A DNA stretch of 64,000 nucleotides from Macrostomum lignano (lineage: Eukaryota). The position numbers and the translations under genes were made by a program. Positions 1-13,100 of the stretch are shown here, piece by piece. Position 1 is the stretch's first letter. The number at the start of each line of letters is the position of its first letter. Location of the stretch: positions 62,001 to 126,000 of the forward strand of contig NIVC01000984.1 in NCBI GenBank assembly GCA_002269645.1, in the 5' to 3' direction. Below the pieces are notes generated by a model that did no database searches, was not told where the DNA came from, and saw only the letters and a program-made list of their open reading frames with translations.

Positions 1-1
1 A

Positions 2-319
2 TATCCTGCCAATGACTCTGACTTGACGGAGTGGTTTGAAAGGGCTCAGTCGAGTCAGCAAATCTTTGAGCCAGTCCAAAAGACCCAATCGACTGCGAGA
101 CCGCCTGATAACCAGGAAGTTCGGAGGGACACATTTGTGTTCCAGTGCTCTCCTGAAATGTTCGCATCATTCCGCAATGTACAAATAATGCAAGTACGCT
201 GCGGAGACGACGAAATTATTTTTTCGCGAGACAAACGCGGAGGCGACGTGTCACTGGGCCAAATGGAGTCTACTCCAATCGCTGGACCGTCGCATTCTAC
301 TATCAATGAGGACGATTAA
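2..319 (+). CDS. 3' end of an unidentified ORF that stays open to the window edge
   Basis: Frame is open from base 2 (YPANDSDLTEWF...) to TAA at 317-319, with AATAAA near 392. No family motif recognised. Confidence 0.3.
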   Translation, partial: YPANDSDLTEWFERAQSSQQIFEPVQKTQSTARPPDNQEVRRDTFVFQCSPEMFASFRNVQIMQVRCGDDEIIFSRDKRGGDVSLGQMESTPIAGPSHSTINEDD

Positions 320-602
320 AAAGAATTGTCATTGATAAAGCAACACAGTCAATCTCTGGTGTTGGGTGTTGCAGCTGCTAAGTTTAATAACAATAAAGTG
401 CACACTGTCAATCTCCGGGGTTGGGTGTTGCAGAAGCAGCAATGTTATTCTGATAATAATTCTGATTGATTGTTGATACTAAAAAAAATAATACAATAAA
501 CGCTGTATGCATCTGATTCAGTAAAAAATAAGAGAATAATACAAAAAAAAACTATTGTTTTCAAATAAATAATATAATCAATTCATTGCTCTGAACCTGA
601 GC

Positions 603-932
603 ATCTCCCCGGAGGGGGGCTAAAATTGCTATAATTGTCTATAGCCAACATTCTCCTTCTTACTTTTCGATCCTCTATTCTGTAATGGAGATAGCTTGAG
701 TTCTTTCTTTCTGTGGTGTATTGTAGTGGAATAAAATATTAATGACTAAATGAATGAGACCTATGAATAAGAATGAATATAAAAATTGATTTATGAATAT
801 TCATATTGAATTATTGAGATTTTGAATTATAGATACGGTGAATAAGAGAGATTATTATGAATATTAGTTAATCAATTGCGATAAATAACTGTACTAAATA
901 CTCTCCCCGAAGGGGGGTCAACTATTGCTAGT
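603..932 (+). mobile_element. Possible Helitron 3' termini (two GC hairpins, the second followed by CTAG|T)
   Basis: CTCCCCGGAGGGGGG at ~605 and CTCCCCGAAGGGGGG...TGCTAG|T at ~903-931 match the hairpin plus CTRR|T architecture. No 5' TC end or Rep/Hel ORF seen. Confidence 0.35.
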
Positions 933-1824
933 CTAATATACTAAAGCTCGATTTGTGTGTTTGTTTGTTCATAGTGCATTTAAAAGCGAACCGTTTGGTC
1001 ATTTTTTCCGCAAATTGGTTCGTTCGATTGCAAAACCAAAGTATACCTGTGAAAATGGCCATGAATGTATTATTCTAGCAGTGAGAGCAAATTTATAGTC
1101 TGTGGCTAATAATGAAGCTGGTGTTTTTAGGTGACGTGCTTCGTTCTACAACTTTTTCCATTCTATTTTGGCAAACGTGCAATCAAAGTCAAAATCTTTT
1201 CATTCAATTCAGACAGTTTATGTTAGTTCTTGGCCGGACGTGCATTCAATTCCGACAAATGTGCTTTCAAAAGCGACAATTTTCAAACAAAGCAAACAAG
1301 CTACACGAGAAACCGAGACTTTGCAATCAATTCCGACAGTTGGCTATGAATTGGCTTTTTCTGTCCTCCTATCTATGGCTCATACTGCGAAATTTCCAAT
1401 CAATTCCGACAAAGTTCTATCTATTGCTATCTATGTCTATGGTAGGGAGAGAAATTGATTTCTTTTTTGACATGCAATTTTGCACTTTGCACCCTGCTTT
1501 TGACAAGCTGTAAATTTTAATCTCTAAGATAAAAAAAATTCAATGCATAACAGAATCACAAAAAACATTCAGGAATAAAACGACAACATAGCCAATTTTA
1601 TTCGACCTCTGGATACCGAGATGTTTTGCGAATATTTGCTAATTAATAGTGAACTAATCTAGTAGTTAAAAACCAGAAAGTGCCTGTTTATTGTTGACAA
1701 TAATTCAGTACCAATCGCACCGAATGGGCTTGAGAAATGCAAGGACTCTTATAATTCGTATATTTGAGCTTAATTATTCACAATATGTACAAACCCGGTG
1801 ACATTAAGCAAAGTTTTAAAAGAA

Positions 1825-2643
1825 CTACAGGTACTTTTGACCGCCATGACTGAACCTGCTGGCCATGCCGGCCTGCGACTTGGCCACAATGCTCTGCTTC
1901 ACCTTCGAGTCCAGGCCTTTGACAACCATGTCCGTGTCCCGGTTGAACGGCACCCGGCTAGGGCCGGACGAACTGTCCGAAGACGACGAGGACGACTTTC
2001 TACTCCGTTTCTTTTTAGACTTCTTCTTCTTGTCTTTTTTCTTTTTCTTCTCCTCTTTTTTCCGTTTCTTAGCTTTCTTCTCCTCGCGCTGACGCTGCTC
2101 CAGCTCCAGCTGCTCTCTGTGCTGCAGCAGCAGCGACTGCTGCCGCTGGGAGCCGCCCCCCGGCCCGACGGCCGCCGCCAGCCGCTCCATCTCGGCGTCG
2201 TGCAGGCGGGCGCCCTGCATCTCCAGAGCGGCCTGCTGTCTACGTTCAGCGGCCGCCTGCGCGTCCTCCGCCGGCGCCGCTTCGGCTTCCTCGTCTCCAT
2301 CGCCGATTCGAGTCCAGGACTTGTCCGGCTGGCCGGCCGGCCGTTTCCGTCCGGCTGTCATTAGCGACGGGGCCAGCGTTTCCGGCGGAACTAACATCCA
2401 TTCTTCTCTGGCGGCGCCACTCCGCTTTTCCTGGCGCTCGTTTGGCGCCGCTGCCGCTTGAAATCGAGGGGCGTGGCGCAACTCGTCTAGAATGCGATGC
2501 TCGGACGGCAGCGGGCCGATGACCAGGCCGGCCGGGGTGGCCTCGGACGATTCGCCGGCGGCCGGTTTCGAGGACGACTTCGAGCTGGATGGTGGACTAA
2601 GCGGCTGGTCGACAAATTCAGGCGGCGGTTCGGGGCCGTACAT
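1825..2643 (-). CDS. GPALPP1: GPALPP motifs-containing protein 1 (DUF3752), intronless CDS
   Basis: 272 aa ORF with IGPLP, REEWM and a C-terminal 'RVPFNRDTDMVV...SRFSHG..YL' resembling the DUF3752 end; Lys-rich tract; minus-strand AATAAA near 1690. Confidence 0.8.
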   Translation of the reverse strand: MYGPEPPPEFVDQPLSPPSSSKSSSKPAAGESSEATPAGLVIGPLPSEHRILDELRHAPRFQAAAAPNERQEKRSGAAREEWMLVPPETLAPSLMTAGRKRPAGQPDKSWTRIGDGDEEAEAAPAEDAQAAAERRQQAALEMQGARLHDAEMERLAAAVGPGGGSQRQQSLLLQHREQLELEQRQREEKKAKKRKKEEKKKKKDKKKKSKKKRSRKSSSSSSDSSSGPSRVPFNRDTDMVVKGLDSKVKQSIVAKSQAGMASRFSHGGQKYL

Positions 2644-2745
2644 GATCTGGCTGTTCTACATAAAGTAGGATCGAGCGAGCGACTGTTGATGACAGGGATA
2701 ACAAAATCAGGCAAAAATCCAACGCTATTTAAATAGACAAAACTG

Positions 2746-3715
2746 AGCCTATAGTTGAGTCGCCACTCTAGCCTATGATTGAGTCGCCACTCTAACCTAT
2801 GATTGAGTCATCACTCTAACCTATGATTGAGTCACCACTCTAACCTATGATTGAGTCATCACTCTAACCTATGATTGAGTCACCACTCTAACCTATGATT
2901 GAGTCACCACTCTAACCTATGATTGAGTCGCCACTCTAACCTATGATTGAGTCACCACTCTAACCTATGATTGAGTCACCACTCTAACCTATGATTGAGT
3001 CACCACTCTAACCTATGATTGAGTCATCACTCTAACCTATGATTGAGTCACCACTCTAACCTATGATTGAGTCACCACTCTAACCTATGATTGAGTCACC
3101 ACTCTAACCTATGATTGAGTCATCACTCTAACCTATGATTGAGCCACCACTCTAACCTATGATTGAGTCACCACTCTAGCCTATGATTGAGTCGCCACTC
3201 TAACCTATGATTGAGTCACCACTCTAACCTATGATTGAGTCACCACTCTAACCTATGATTGAGTCACCACTCTAACCTATGACTGAGTCACCACTCTAAC
3301 CTATGATTGAGTCACCACTCTAACCTATGATTGAGTCACCACTCTAACCTATGATTGAGTCACCACTCTAGCCTATGATTGAGTCGCCACTCTAACCTAT
3401 GATTGAGTCACCACTCTAACCTATGACTGAGTCACCACTCTAACCTATGATTGAGTCACCACTCTAACCTATGATTGAGTCACCACTCTAACCTATGATT
3501 GAGTCACCACTCTAGCCTATGATTGAGTCGCCACTCTAACCTATGATTGAGTCACCACTCTAACCTATGACTGAGTCACCACTCTAACCTATGATTGAGT
3601 CACCACTCTAACCTATGATTGAGTCACCACTCTAACCTATGATTGAGTCACCACTCTAGCCTATGATTGAGTCGCCACTCTAACCTATGATTGAGTCACA
3701 AATCTAACCTAACCT
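2746..3715. repeat. 24 bp minisatellite (ATGATTGAGTCACCACTCTAACCT), ~40 copies
   Basis: Directly visible near-identical tandem units between MED21 and GPALPP1. Confidence 0.97.
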
Positions 3716-4235
3716 ATGTACTAGTTACGTAAATAAGTGCCTCGTTACAGATAAAATAACAAGGACAGGAAAGTATAAAAGTACAGAAAAAGCCGGCATA
3801 TTGGCATATATTTAACTAGTCAGACACAATTTACAAAATGCTAAAATGAATCAAAGCTACTTTGCAATACGAATGAAACGAGCCAACATTCATTCAAAAG
3901 GTCGTGAGGAACGGGCGTAAATAACAACATAATTCAGCATAAGTATTCGCTCACTGCTAAATTGATTGATTATATGACGCTGGAAAGTTGTAAGTAACCT
4001 TTGGATTCTAGAGACACCCTTTAGATGCTTCAGAAGGAGCGTTCAGGCCTAGGTATCTACAAAGGCCAGCTTTAAAGGGGCCTTCAGGTTTTCTCGTAGA
4101 TCGAGGTACTTACAGAAGTTTCTTGATGAACCTTTAGAACAGGGGGAGAGGAGAGGAGAGTGGAGATAACAATTTTGAAGCTCAGTGTATAGAACCATAA
4201 TAAAAGCAGTGAAATTTCAATCAGACACCGGCTCA

Positions 4236-4691
4236 TCAATTGTACTCCTGATGGAGCAGCAGCGCAGACTCCATAGCGCCGCATCGCAACTGCACCTGAG
4301 CAATGTCGGTTAGGCAAGCCCGAACCCGACGCAGTCGAGCTTCCAGCTGATCGACAACTTCAATCAGACGCCGACCGAGGCGATGATTCTCTTCTTCAAG
4401 TTCGGCCATTCGCTTACTATTCGAATCGGCTCTGTAGGCCTCGGGTCCCGGCAGGGAGTCAATTAGGGCCACGATAGTCTGCGCTGTTCGAGTGATCTGC
4501 TCGGCAAAGAATCTGGCGTGATCCACACCGCCTGGCGCCGGATTGCCGGCCGCTGCGCCAGTTCGATTCGCTCCGCCAACGCCGGGAAACGGCGACGGCT
4601 GGGCGGTCTGGAGCAGAATGCCCAACGCATTGTACAGATTGTCCGCCTGCGAGTTCACCGCGTCCTGCAGCTCCGTCAGGCGGTCCGCCAT
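4236..4691 (-). CDS. MED21: Mediator complex subunit 21 (SRB7), intronless CDS
   Basis: MADRLTELQDAVN...IDSLP...LEEEN...DIAQVQL matches the MED21 signature. The real start is the ATG at 4691; the upstream extension runs into a repeat. Confidence 0.95.
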   Translation of the reverse strand: MADRLTELQDAVNSQADNLYNALGILLQTAQPSPFPGVGGANRTGAAAGNPAPGGVDHARFFAEQITRTAQTIVALIDSLPGPEAYRADSNSKRMAELEEENHRLGRRLIEVVDQLEARLRRVRACLTDIAQVQLRCGAMESALLLHQEYN

Positions 4692-4732
4692 AGCCTGATA
4701 ATTGTGTGCAGGTGGCGGTTCAGTCGCATGCC

Positions 4733-5260
4733 ATGTCAGCACCTGTCTCTACCCTGTCAGCATCTGTCTCTACCCTGTCAGCACCTGTCTCTACCCTGTC
4801 AGCACCTGTCTCTATCCTGTCAGCACCTGTCTCTACCCTGTCAGCATCTGTCTCTATCCTGTCAGCACCTGTCTCTACCCTGTCAGCATCTGTCTCTACC
4901 CTGTCAGCACCTGTCTCTACCCTGTCAGCACCTGTCACTACCCTGTCAGCACCTGTCTCTACCCTGTCAGCATCTGTCTCTACCCTGTCAGCACCTGTCT
5001 CTAACCTGTCAGCACCTGTCAGCACCTGTCTCTACCCTGTCAGCACCTGTCTCTACCCTGTAAGCACCTGTCTCTACCCTGTCAGCACCTGTCTCTAACC
5101 TGTCAGTACCTGTCTCTAACCTGTCAGCATCTGTCTCTACCCTGTAAGCAACTGTCTCTACCCTGTCAGTACCTGTCTCTAACCTGTCAGCATCTGTCTC
5201 TACCCTGTCAGCACCTGTCTCTACCCTGTCAGCACCTGTCTCTACCCTGTCAGCACCTGT
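4733..5260. repeat. 21 bp minisatellite (CTGTCAGCACCTGTCTCTACC), ~25 copies
   Basis: Tandem units directly upstream of MED21; source of several spurious ORFs. Confidence 0.95.
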
Positions 5261-5827
5261 TCTCTGCCATGCCTCTATCTTGCAACCACCTATGTTTACA
5301 CGGCAACTCCTGTCTGCCATATTAGCTCTCGTCTTCACCCCCTGTCAGCACCTGTGACCAACTATCACCACTATCACCTGTCTCTACTCTGTTACAACCC
5401 GAGCACTGTCACAATTTATCTCCAGTAAAAGAACAATTCTCTACCTTATTAATAGCACGGTCTTCTCATTGACTAGTCACACACACGAAAGGAAAATCTA
5501 ATTTGAATATGAAAAAATAACTGAAAATCAATACAGCACGAAATTGGACAAACCGAATAAAAAATCGTTTTTTTTTTAATAGGAATGCTTAAAGTTTTTA
5601 TTGATTAAACAGTGAATATACAAATATTTGCCTTATTGCGTGTATATAGTGTGCATATAAACATCCAAATACAAAATGTTTAATCAGGATTAACATTTTA
5701 TACCAGCGCAAGCATAGCAAAAATGAGCTTTAAATCTAAATCTGAAATCAAGGAAGCTGCAGGAATAGCTCAGTAGCCTATTAAGTTGTTTTGGCCGAGT
5801 AAGGCCAAACGTTGAGAGTGCGGCTAC

Positions 5828-6597
5828 GGCCCAGCAACTGAGGATCTGGGAGGCTGGCCCAGCAACTGAGGATCTGGGAGGCTGGCCCAGCAACTGAGGA
5901 TCTGGAAGGCTGGCCCAGCAACTGAGGATCTGGGAGGCTGGCCCAGCAACTGAGGATCTGGGAGGCTGGCCCAGCAACTGAGGATCTGGGAGGCTGGCCC
6001 AGCAACTGAGGATCTGGGAGACTGGCCCAGCAATTGACACTCTGGGGAGACTGGCCCAGCAATTGACACTCTGGGGAGACTGGCCCAGCAATTGACACTC
6101 TGGGGAGACTGGCCCAGCAATTGACACTCTGGGGAGACTGGCCCAGCAATTGACACTCTGGGGAGACTGGCCCAGCAACTGAGGATCAGGGAGGCTGGCC
6201 CAGCAATTGACACTCTGGGGAGACTGGCCCAGCAACTGAGGATCAGGGAGGCTGGCCCAGCAATTGACACTCTGGGGAGACTGGCCCAGCAATTGACACT
6301 CTGGGGAGACTGGCCCAGCAATTGACACTCTGGGGAGACTGGCCCAGCAACTGAGGATCAGGGAGGCTGGCCCAGCAATTGACACTCTGGGGAGACTGGC
6401 CCAGCAATTGACACTCTGGGAGGCTGGCCCAGCAACTGAGGATCTGGGAGGCTGGCCCAGCAGCTTAAGATCTGGGAGGATGGCCTAGCAACTGACGATC
6501 TAGGAGGTTGGCCCAGCAACTGAGGATTTGGGAGGCTGGCCCAGCAACTGACATTCTGGGATGACGGATCAGCAATTGAGGATCTTGGAGGCTGGCC
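5828..6597. repeat. 28 bp minisatellite (GGCCCAGCAACTGAGGATCTGGGAGGCT, with a GCAATTGACACTCTGGGGAGACT variant), ~27 copies
   Basis: Tandem array; reverse complement of the array at 29050-29700. Confidence 0.95.
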
Positions 6598-7157
6598 CAA
6601 AAGCGTGGGTGTCCGGAAAGTTCGGACACTTAATCTCAGAGCAGAAACGGATGCAGCTGCAGACACAACTTTGGTGTCAGTTAGAAGCGGTACATTTCTT
6701 CGTTCTAATAAATTTAATAGCATATGTTTTAGTCATTCCATACAAAGTTATGCTTGAAAAACCATCGCAATGTCACCGATAGTCTTGCAGTGAAAGTGGC
6801 AACGGATATAAAAAGCGATGGTTAGTGCTTATAAAAACATTGCCAGCCTTCTCAACACATAGTCCACACCTGTAGCAGCACACTTCTTCCCCATCGCTTG
6901 AGCATCCCATCAATCGCATCAGAACGGCATTGTTATGAAAAACCATGAGAGACTGCGCTGGACCTTGTCATCCAAATTATCCCCGCTGGCATCAACTCAG
7001 CAATGGAATGATTGATACACGCAGAACTAAATGCGAATTCGAATATTGGAACCAAATGGCCAACTGTTGTGCCGAATGACAATGAAAAGCAATCAAGCAA
7101 AAATTACATAGAAAGACGCAAAGGTACGCAAGCACAGGCACAAATGTGATTTATAAA

Positions 7158-10100
7158 TCAAAACGATTGAGCAGACAAGTTGTCTAAAAGGCCGCAGATG
7201 ATGGACACTTGCCGGGACAGCAGTCTCATAGGCGTCGTCTCGCCAGATTTTGTGGTGCCGCGAACTTCCAGAGTGTCTGGCGCGATCTCCGACCAGTTAA
7301 AGTTCGGATAGTGAAACGAGTATAGGAAGCGCTTGCTGGGGTCGCCAAGCAGGTGCAGGCCGATGTCATTGACGCCTATGAATACCTGCAGATTGATGAT
7401 AGATGTGAGCAGATTGATGACACAAATGTGAGTAGATTGGTGACACAAATGTGAGCAGATTGATGACAGATGTAAGCAGATTGATGACACAAATGTGAGT
7501 AGATTGATGACAGATGTAAGCAGATTGATGACACAAATGTGAGAAGATTGGTGACACAAATGTGAGAAGATTGATGACACAAATGTGAGAAGATTGGTGA
7601 CACAAATGTGAGAAGATTGATGACACAAATGTGAGAAGATTAATGACACAAATGTGAGCAGATTGATGACACAAATGTGAGCTGATTGATGACACAAATG
7701 TGAGCTGATTGATGACACAGATGTGAGCTGATTGATGACACAGATGTGAGCAGATTGATGACACAAATGTGAGCTGATTGATGACACAAGTGTGAGCAGA
7801 TTGATGACACAAATTTAAGCAGATTGATGACACAAATGTGAGCAGATTGATGACACAAATGTGAGCAGATTGATGACACAAATGTGAGCAGATTGGTGAC
7901 ACAAATGTGAGTAGATTGATGACACAAGTGTGAGCAGATTGATGACACAAATGTGAGCAGATTGATGACAAAAATTTAAGCAGATTGATGACACAAATGT
8001 GAGCAGATTGATGACAAAAATTTAAGCAGATTGATGACACAAATGTGAGCAGATTGATGACACAAATGTGAGTAGATTGATGACACAAATGTGAGTAGAT
8101 TGATGACACAAATGTGAGCAGATTGATGACACAAATGTGAGTAGATTGATGACACAAATGTGAGTAGATTGATGACACAAATGTGAGTAGATTGATGACA
8201 CAAATGTGAGTAGATTGATGACACAAATATGAGCAGATTGATGACACAAATGTGAGCTGATTGATGACACAAATGTGAGCTCATTGATGACACAAATGTG
8301 AGCAGATTGATGACACAAATATGAGCAGATTGATGACACAAATGTGAGCTGATTGATGACACAAATGTGAGTAGATTGATGACACAAATGTGAGCTGATT
8401 GATGACACAAATGTGAGCAGATTGATGACAAAAATGTGAGCAGATTGATGACACAAATGTGAGCTCATTGATGACACAAATGTGAGCAGATTGATGACAC
8501 AAATTTGAGCAGATTGATGACACAAATGTGAGCTGATTGATGACACAGATGTGAGCAGATTGATGACACAAATGTGAGCTGATTGATGACACAAGTGTGA
8601 GCAGATTGATGACACAGATGTGAGTAGATTGATGACACAGATGTGAGTAGATTGATGACACAAATGTGAGCAGATTGATGACACAAGTGTGAGCAGATTG
8701 ATGACACAAGTGTGAGCAGATTGATGACACAAATGTGAGCTGATTGAGGACACAAGTGTGAGCAGATTGATGACACAGATGTGAGTAGATTGATGACACA
8801 GATGTGAGTAGATTGATGACACAAATGTGAGCAGATTCATGACACAGATGTGAGTAGATTGATGACACAGATGTGAGTAGATTGATGACACAGATGTGAG
8901 TAGATTGATGACACAGATGTGAGCAGATTGATGACACAAATGTGAGCTGATTGATGACACAAATGTGAGTAGATTGATGACAAAAATTTAAGCAGATTGA
9001 TGACACAAATGTGAGCAGATTGATGACACAGATGCGAGCAGATTGATGACACAAATGTGAGCAGATTGATGACACAAATGTGAGCAGATTGATGACACAG
9101 ATGTGAGTAGACCGAAGAGCCCAAAACCAGAGAATTTCATTGCCATTAGACACGAACTAACCTGAATGGGTTGCCTGGGAGCTCTGTGCTGACTAAACTC
9201 GCCAGACATAGTTGACAGTTGGCCAGTAAAGAATACGGAGTTAAACACGGCCAGTCGGCGGCAGACGGTGAGAAATCTTGTGTGACATTCGCTAAGACTG
9301 AGCGCTTCAAGTTCCCGGCGCAAACCGCTGCTGCTGTACCGCTTAGCAACTGCGCTGGTCAGGCCGGCTGGCAGGCGAGACACCCGGCGGCTTGGCTCGG
9401 GCAGTACGCCAGCTAGATTCTGTTCGCTCTGTAGGAAAGCTTTAACCCGACGGCCGTCAATTGTGCACTGGGCGTGGGCTAGCAGGCAAGATATCAGCAC
9501 CATGTCGTCCTGGTCGCAGGGCAGAAAGCCGTTTAGATAACCGTTTCTGGCCTGAAATGTTTATTAGTTAAGAACAGAAAATTGGGAGGCTGAACTGCCT
9601 GCTCAGGAGGATTTCTGTCAACAAGGAACTCCCTGCTCATAGGGATTTCTGTCAACAAGGAACTGCCTGCTCAGGAGGATTTCTGTCAACAAGGAACTGC
9701 CTGCTCAGGAGGATTTCTGTCAACAAGGAACTGTCTGCTCAGGAGGATTTCTGTCAACAAGGAACTGCCTGCTCAGGGGGATTTCTGTCAACAAGGAACT
9801 GTCTGCTCAGGGGGATTTCTGTCAACAAGGAACTGTCTGCTCAGGGGGATTTCTGTCAACAAGGAACTGTCTGCTCAGGGGGATTTCTGTCAACAAGGAA
9901 CTGCCTGCTCAGGGGGATTTCTGTTAACAAGGAACTGTCTGCTCAGGGGGATTTCTGTCAACAAGGAACTGCCTGCTCAGGAGGATTTCTGTCAACAAGG
10001 AACTGCCTGCTCAGGAGGATTTCTGTCAACAAGGAACTGCCTGCTCAGGAGGATTTCTGTCAACAAGGAACTGTCTGCTCAGGGGGATTTCTGTCAACAA

Positions 10101-13100
10101 GGAACTGCCTGCTCAGGGGGATTTCTGTTAACAAGGAACTGTCTGCTCAGGGGGATTTCTGTCAACAAGGAACTGTCTGCTCAGGGGGATTTCTGTCAAC
10201 AAGGAACTGCCTGCTCAGGGGATTTCTGTCAACAAGGAACTGTCTGCTCAGGGGGATTTCTGTCAACAAGGAACTGTCTGCTCAGGAGGATTTCTGTCAA
10301 CAAGGAACTGCCTGCTCAGGAGGATTTCTGTCAACAAGGAACTGCCTGCTCAGGAGGATTTCTGTCAACAAGGAACTGTCTGCTCAGGGGGATTTCTGTC
10401 AACAAGGAACTGCCTGCTCAGGGGGATTTCTGTTAACAAGGAACTGTCTGCTCAGGGGGATTTCTGTCAACAAGGAACTGCCTGCTCAGGGGATTTCTGT
10501 CAACAAGGAACTGTCTGCTCAGGGGGATTTCTGTCAACAAGGAACTGCCTGCTCAGGAGGATTTCTGTCAACAAGGAACTGCCTGCTCAGGAGGATTTCT
10601 GTCAACAAGGAACTGCCTGCTCAGGAGGATTTCTGTCAACAAGGAACTGTCTGCTCAGGAGGATTTCTGTCAACAAGGAACTGCCTGCTCAGGGGGATTT
10701 CTGTTAACAAGGAACTGCCTGCTCAGGGGGATTTCTGTCAACAAGGAACTGCCTGCTCAGGGGGATTTCTGTTAACAAGGAACTGTCTGCTCAAGGGGAT
10801 TTCTGTCAACAAGGAACTGTCTGCTCAGGGGGATTTCTGTCAACAAGGAACTCCCTACTCAGGGGGATTTCTGTCAGCAAGGAATAAGAAAAACAAGTCA
10901 GTAGTCACTACTGTTGGTCTCTTGCCCTTCCAGATAGTGAAATTCGCCACTCTCCCACTAACCTCGTGAAACAGAAAAGTCTCAGCCGTGTCGCTATGGC
11001 CCTGTTTCTCGGCGTCCAATCGGCACAGAGCGTTTCGCCTTAAAAACAGTTTCGGATCCTCTTTCATAGGATTGGCCGAGGTGAATAGCGGCACAGTTTT
11101 ACTGCGCCAATCGCGCATCAGCTGCACTGGCTTGTGCATTGGTTTCAGTTGCAATCTGAGATTCTGGCTGCACACCCACAGTGTGAACAGGTTGTCGCGG
11201 GGGTCCGTCAGGCCCAAGCTGCCCATGATGCGCAGATGGAGCTGACGGACAGTTGTGGCATCTCGGTAAGGCAGAATCATCAGGTGCAATGAGCCATCAA
11301 CTAGGTGCACCGGCACCGAGCTGAGATTCGGTCGTTGGAAATTTTCTAACAGCGATGCGGTTGACTGCTGATGCTCTCTCGTTGGGAAATTCTCCTCACT
11401 GCGCTGGCACAGTTCCAGCGGGGTCAGGCCGAACCCGTCGGTGAGGTTGTGGTCAATGTCGGGATAGCGCAGCAGCTCCAGCACGCACTCGTATCTGGGG
11501 GGACAGTTGGCCAGGTAGGATTATTAGCTGCGGGACAGTTCGCTGGCCACACCTACCGCCCAACACCCAAGCTCAACTCTGTTCAGCAGGATCCGCCCCC
11601 TCCCCCAACTCTAGCTACAGCCTCAACAGGATCCGCCCCCAACTCTAGCTACAGCCTCAACAGGATCCGCCCCCTCCCCCCAACTCTAGCTACAGCCTCA
11701 ACAGGATCCGCCCCCAACTCTAGCTACAGCCTCAACAGGATCCGCCCCCTCCCCCCAACTCTAGCTACAGCCTCAACAGGATCCGCCCCCCTCCCCCCAA
11801 CTCTAGCTACAGCCTCAACAGGATCCGCCCCCAACTCTAGCTACACCCTCAACAGGATCCGCCCCCCTCCCCCCAACTCTAGCTACAGCCTCAACAGGAT
11901 CCGCCCCCCTCCCCCCAACTCTAGCTACAGCCTCAACAGGATCCGCCCCCAACTCTAGCTACAGCCTCAACAGGATCCGCCCCCTCCCCCCAACTCTAGC
12001 TACAGCCTCAACAGGATCCGCCCCCAACTCTAGCTACAGCCTCAACAGGATCCGCCCCCAACTCTAGCTACAGCCTCAACAGGATCCGCCCCTCCCCCCA
12101 ACTCTAGCTACAGCCTCAACAGGATCCGCCCCCCTCCCCCCAACTCTAGCTACAGCCTCAACAGGATCCGCCCCCTCCCCCAACTCTAGCTACAGCCTCA
12201 ACAGGATCCGCCCCCTCCCCCAACTCTAGCTACAGCCTCAACAGGATCCGCCCCCTCCCCCCAACTCTAGCTACAGCCTCAACAGGATCCGCCCCCTCCC
12301 CCAACTCTAGCTACAGCCTCAACAGGATCCGCCCCCCTCCCCCCAACTCTAGCTACAGCCTCAACAGGATCCGCCCCCTCCCCCAACTCTAGCTACAGCC
12401 TCAACAGGATCCGCCCCCTCCCCCCAACTCTAGCTACAGCCTCAACAGGATCCGCCCCCTCCCCCCAACTCTAGCTACAGCCTCAACAGGATCCGCCCCC
12501 CTCCCCCCAACTCTAGCTACAGCCTCAACAGGATCCGCCCCCAACTCTAGCTACAGCCTCAACAGGATCCGCCCCCTCCCCCCAACTCTAGCTACAGCCT
12601 CAACAGGATCCGCCCCCCTCCCCCCAACTCTAGCTACAGCCTCAACAGGATCCGCCCCCAACTCTAGCTACACCCTCAACAGGATCCGCCCCCCTCCCCC
12701 AACTCTAGCTACAGCCTCAACAGGATCCGCCCCCCTCCCCCCAACTCTAGCTACAGCCTCAACAGGATCCGCCCCCAACTCTAGCTACAGCCTCAACAGG
12801 ATCCGCCCCCAACTCTAGCTACACCCTCAACAGGATCCGCCCCCAACTCTAGCTACACCCTCAACAGGATCCGCCCCCAACTCTAGCTACAGCCTCAACA
12901 GGATCCGCCCCCAACTCTAGCTACAGCCTCAACAGGATCCGTCCCCAACTCTAGCTACAGCCTCAACAGGATCCGCCCCCAACTCTAGCTACAGCCTCAA
13001 CAGGATCCGTCCCCAACTCTAGCTACACCCTCAACAGGATCCGTCCCCAACTCTAGCTACAGCCTCAACAGGATCCGCCCCCAACTCTAGCTACAGCCTC

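Noticed and set aside
4518-6723. Repetitive ORFs (QHLSLPC, CWASLP...)
   Set aside because: Minisatellite translations or antisense shadows of MED21.
7158-9153. Long Cys/His-rich ORFs (SSICSHLCHQSAHICVINLLTFV repeats) that look like metal-binding proteins
   Set aside because: They are translations of the 23 bp intronic array in KRIT1; only 7385-7158 is a real exon.
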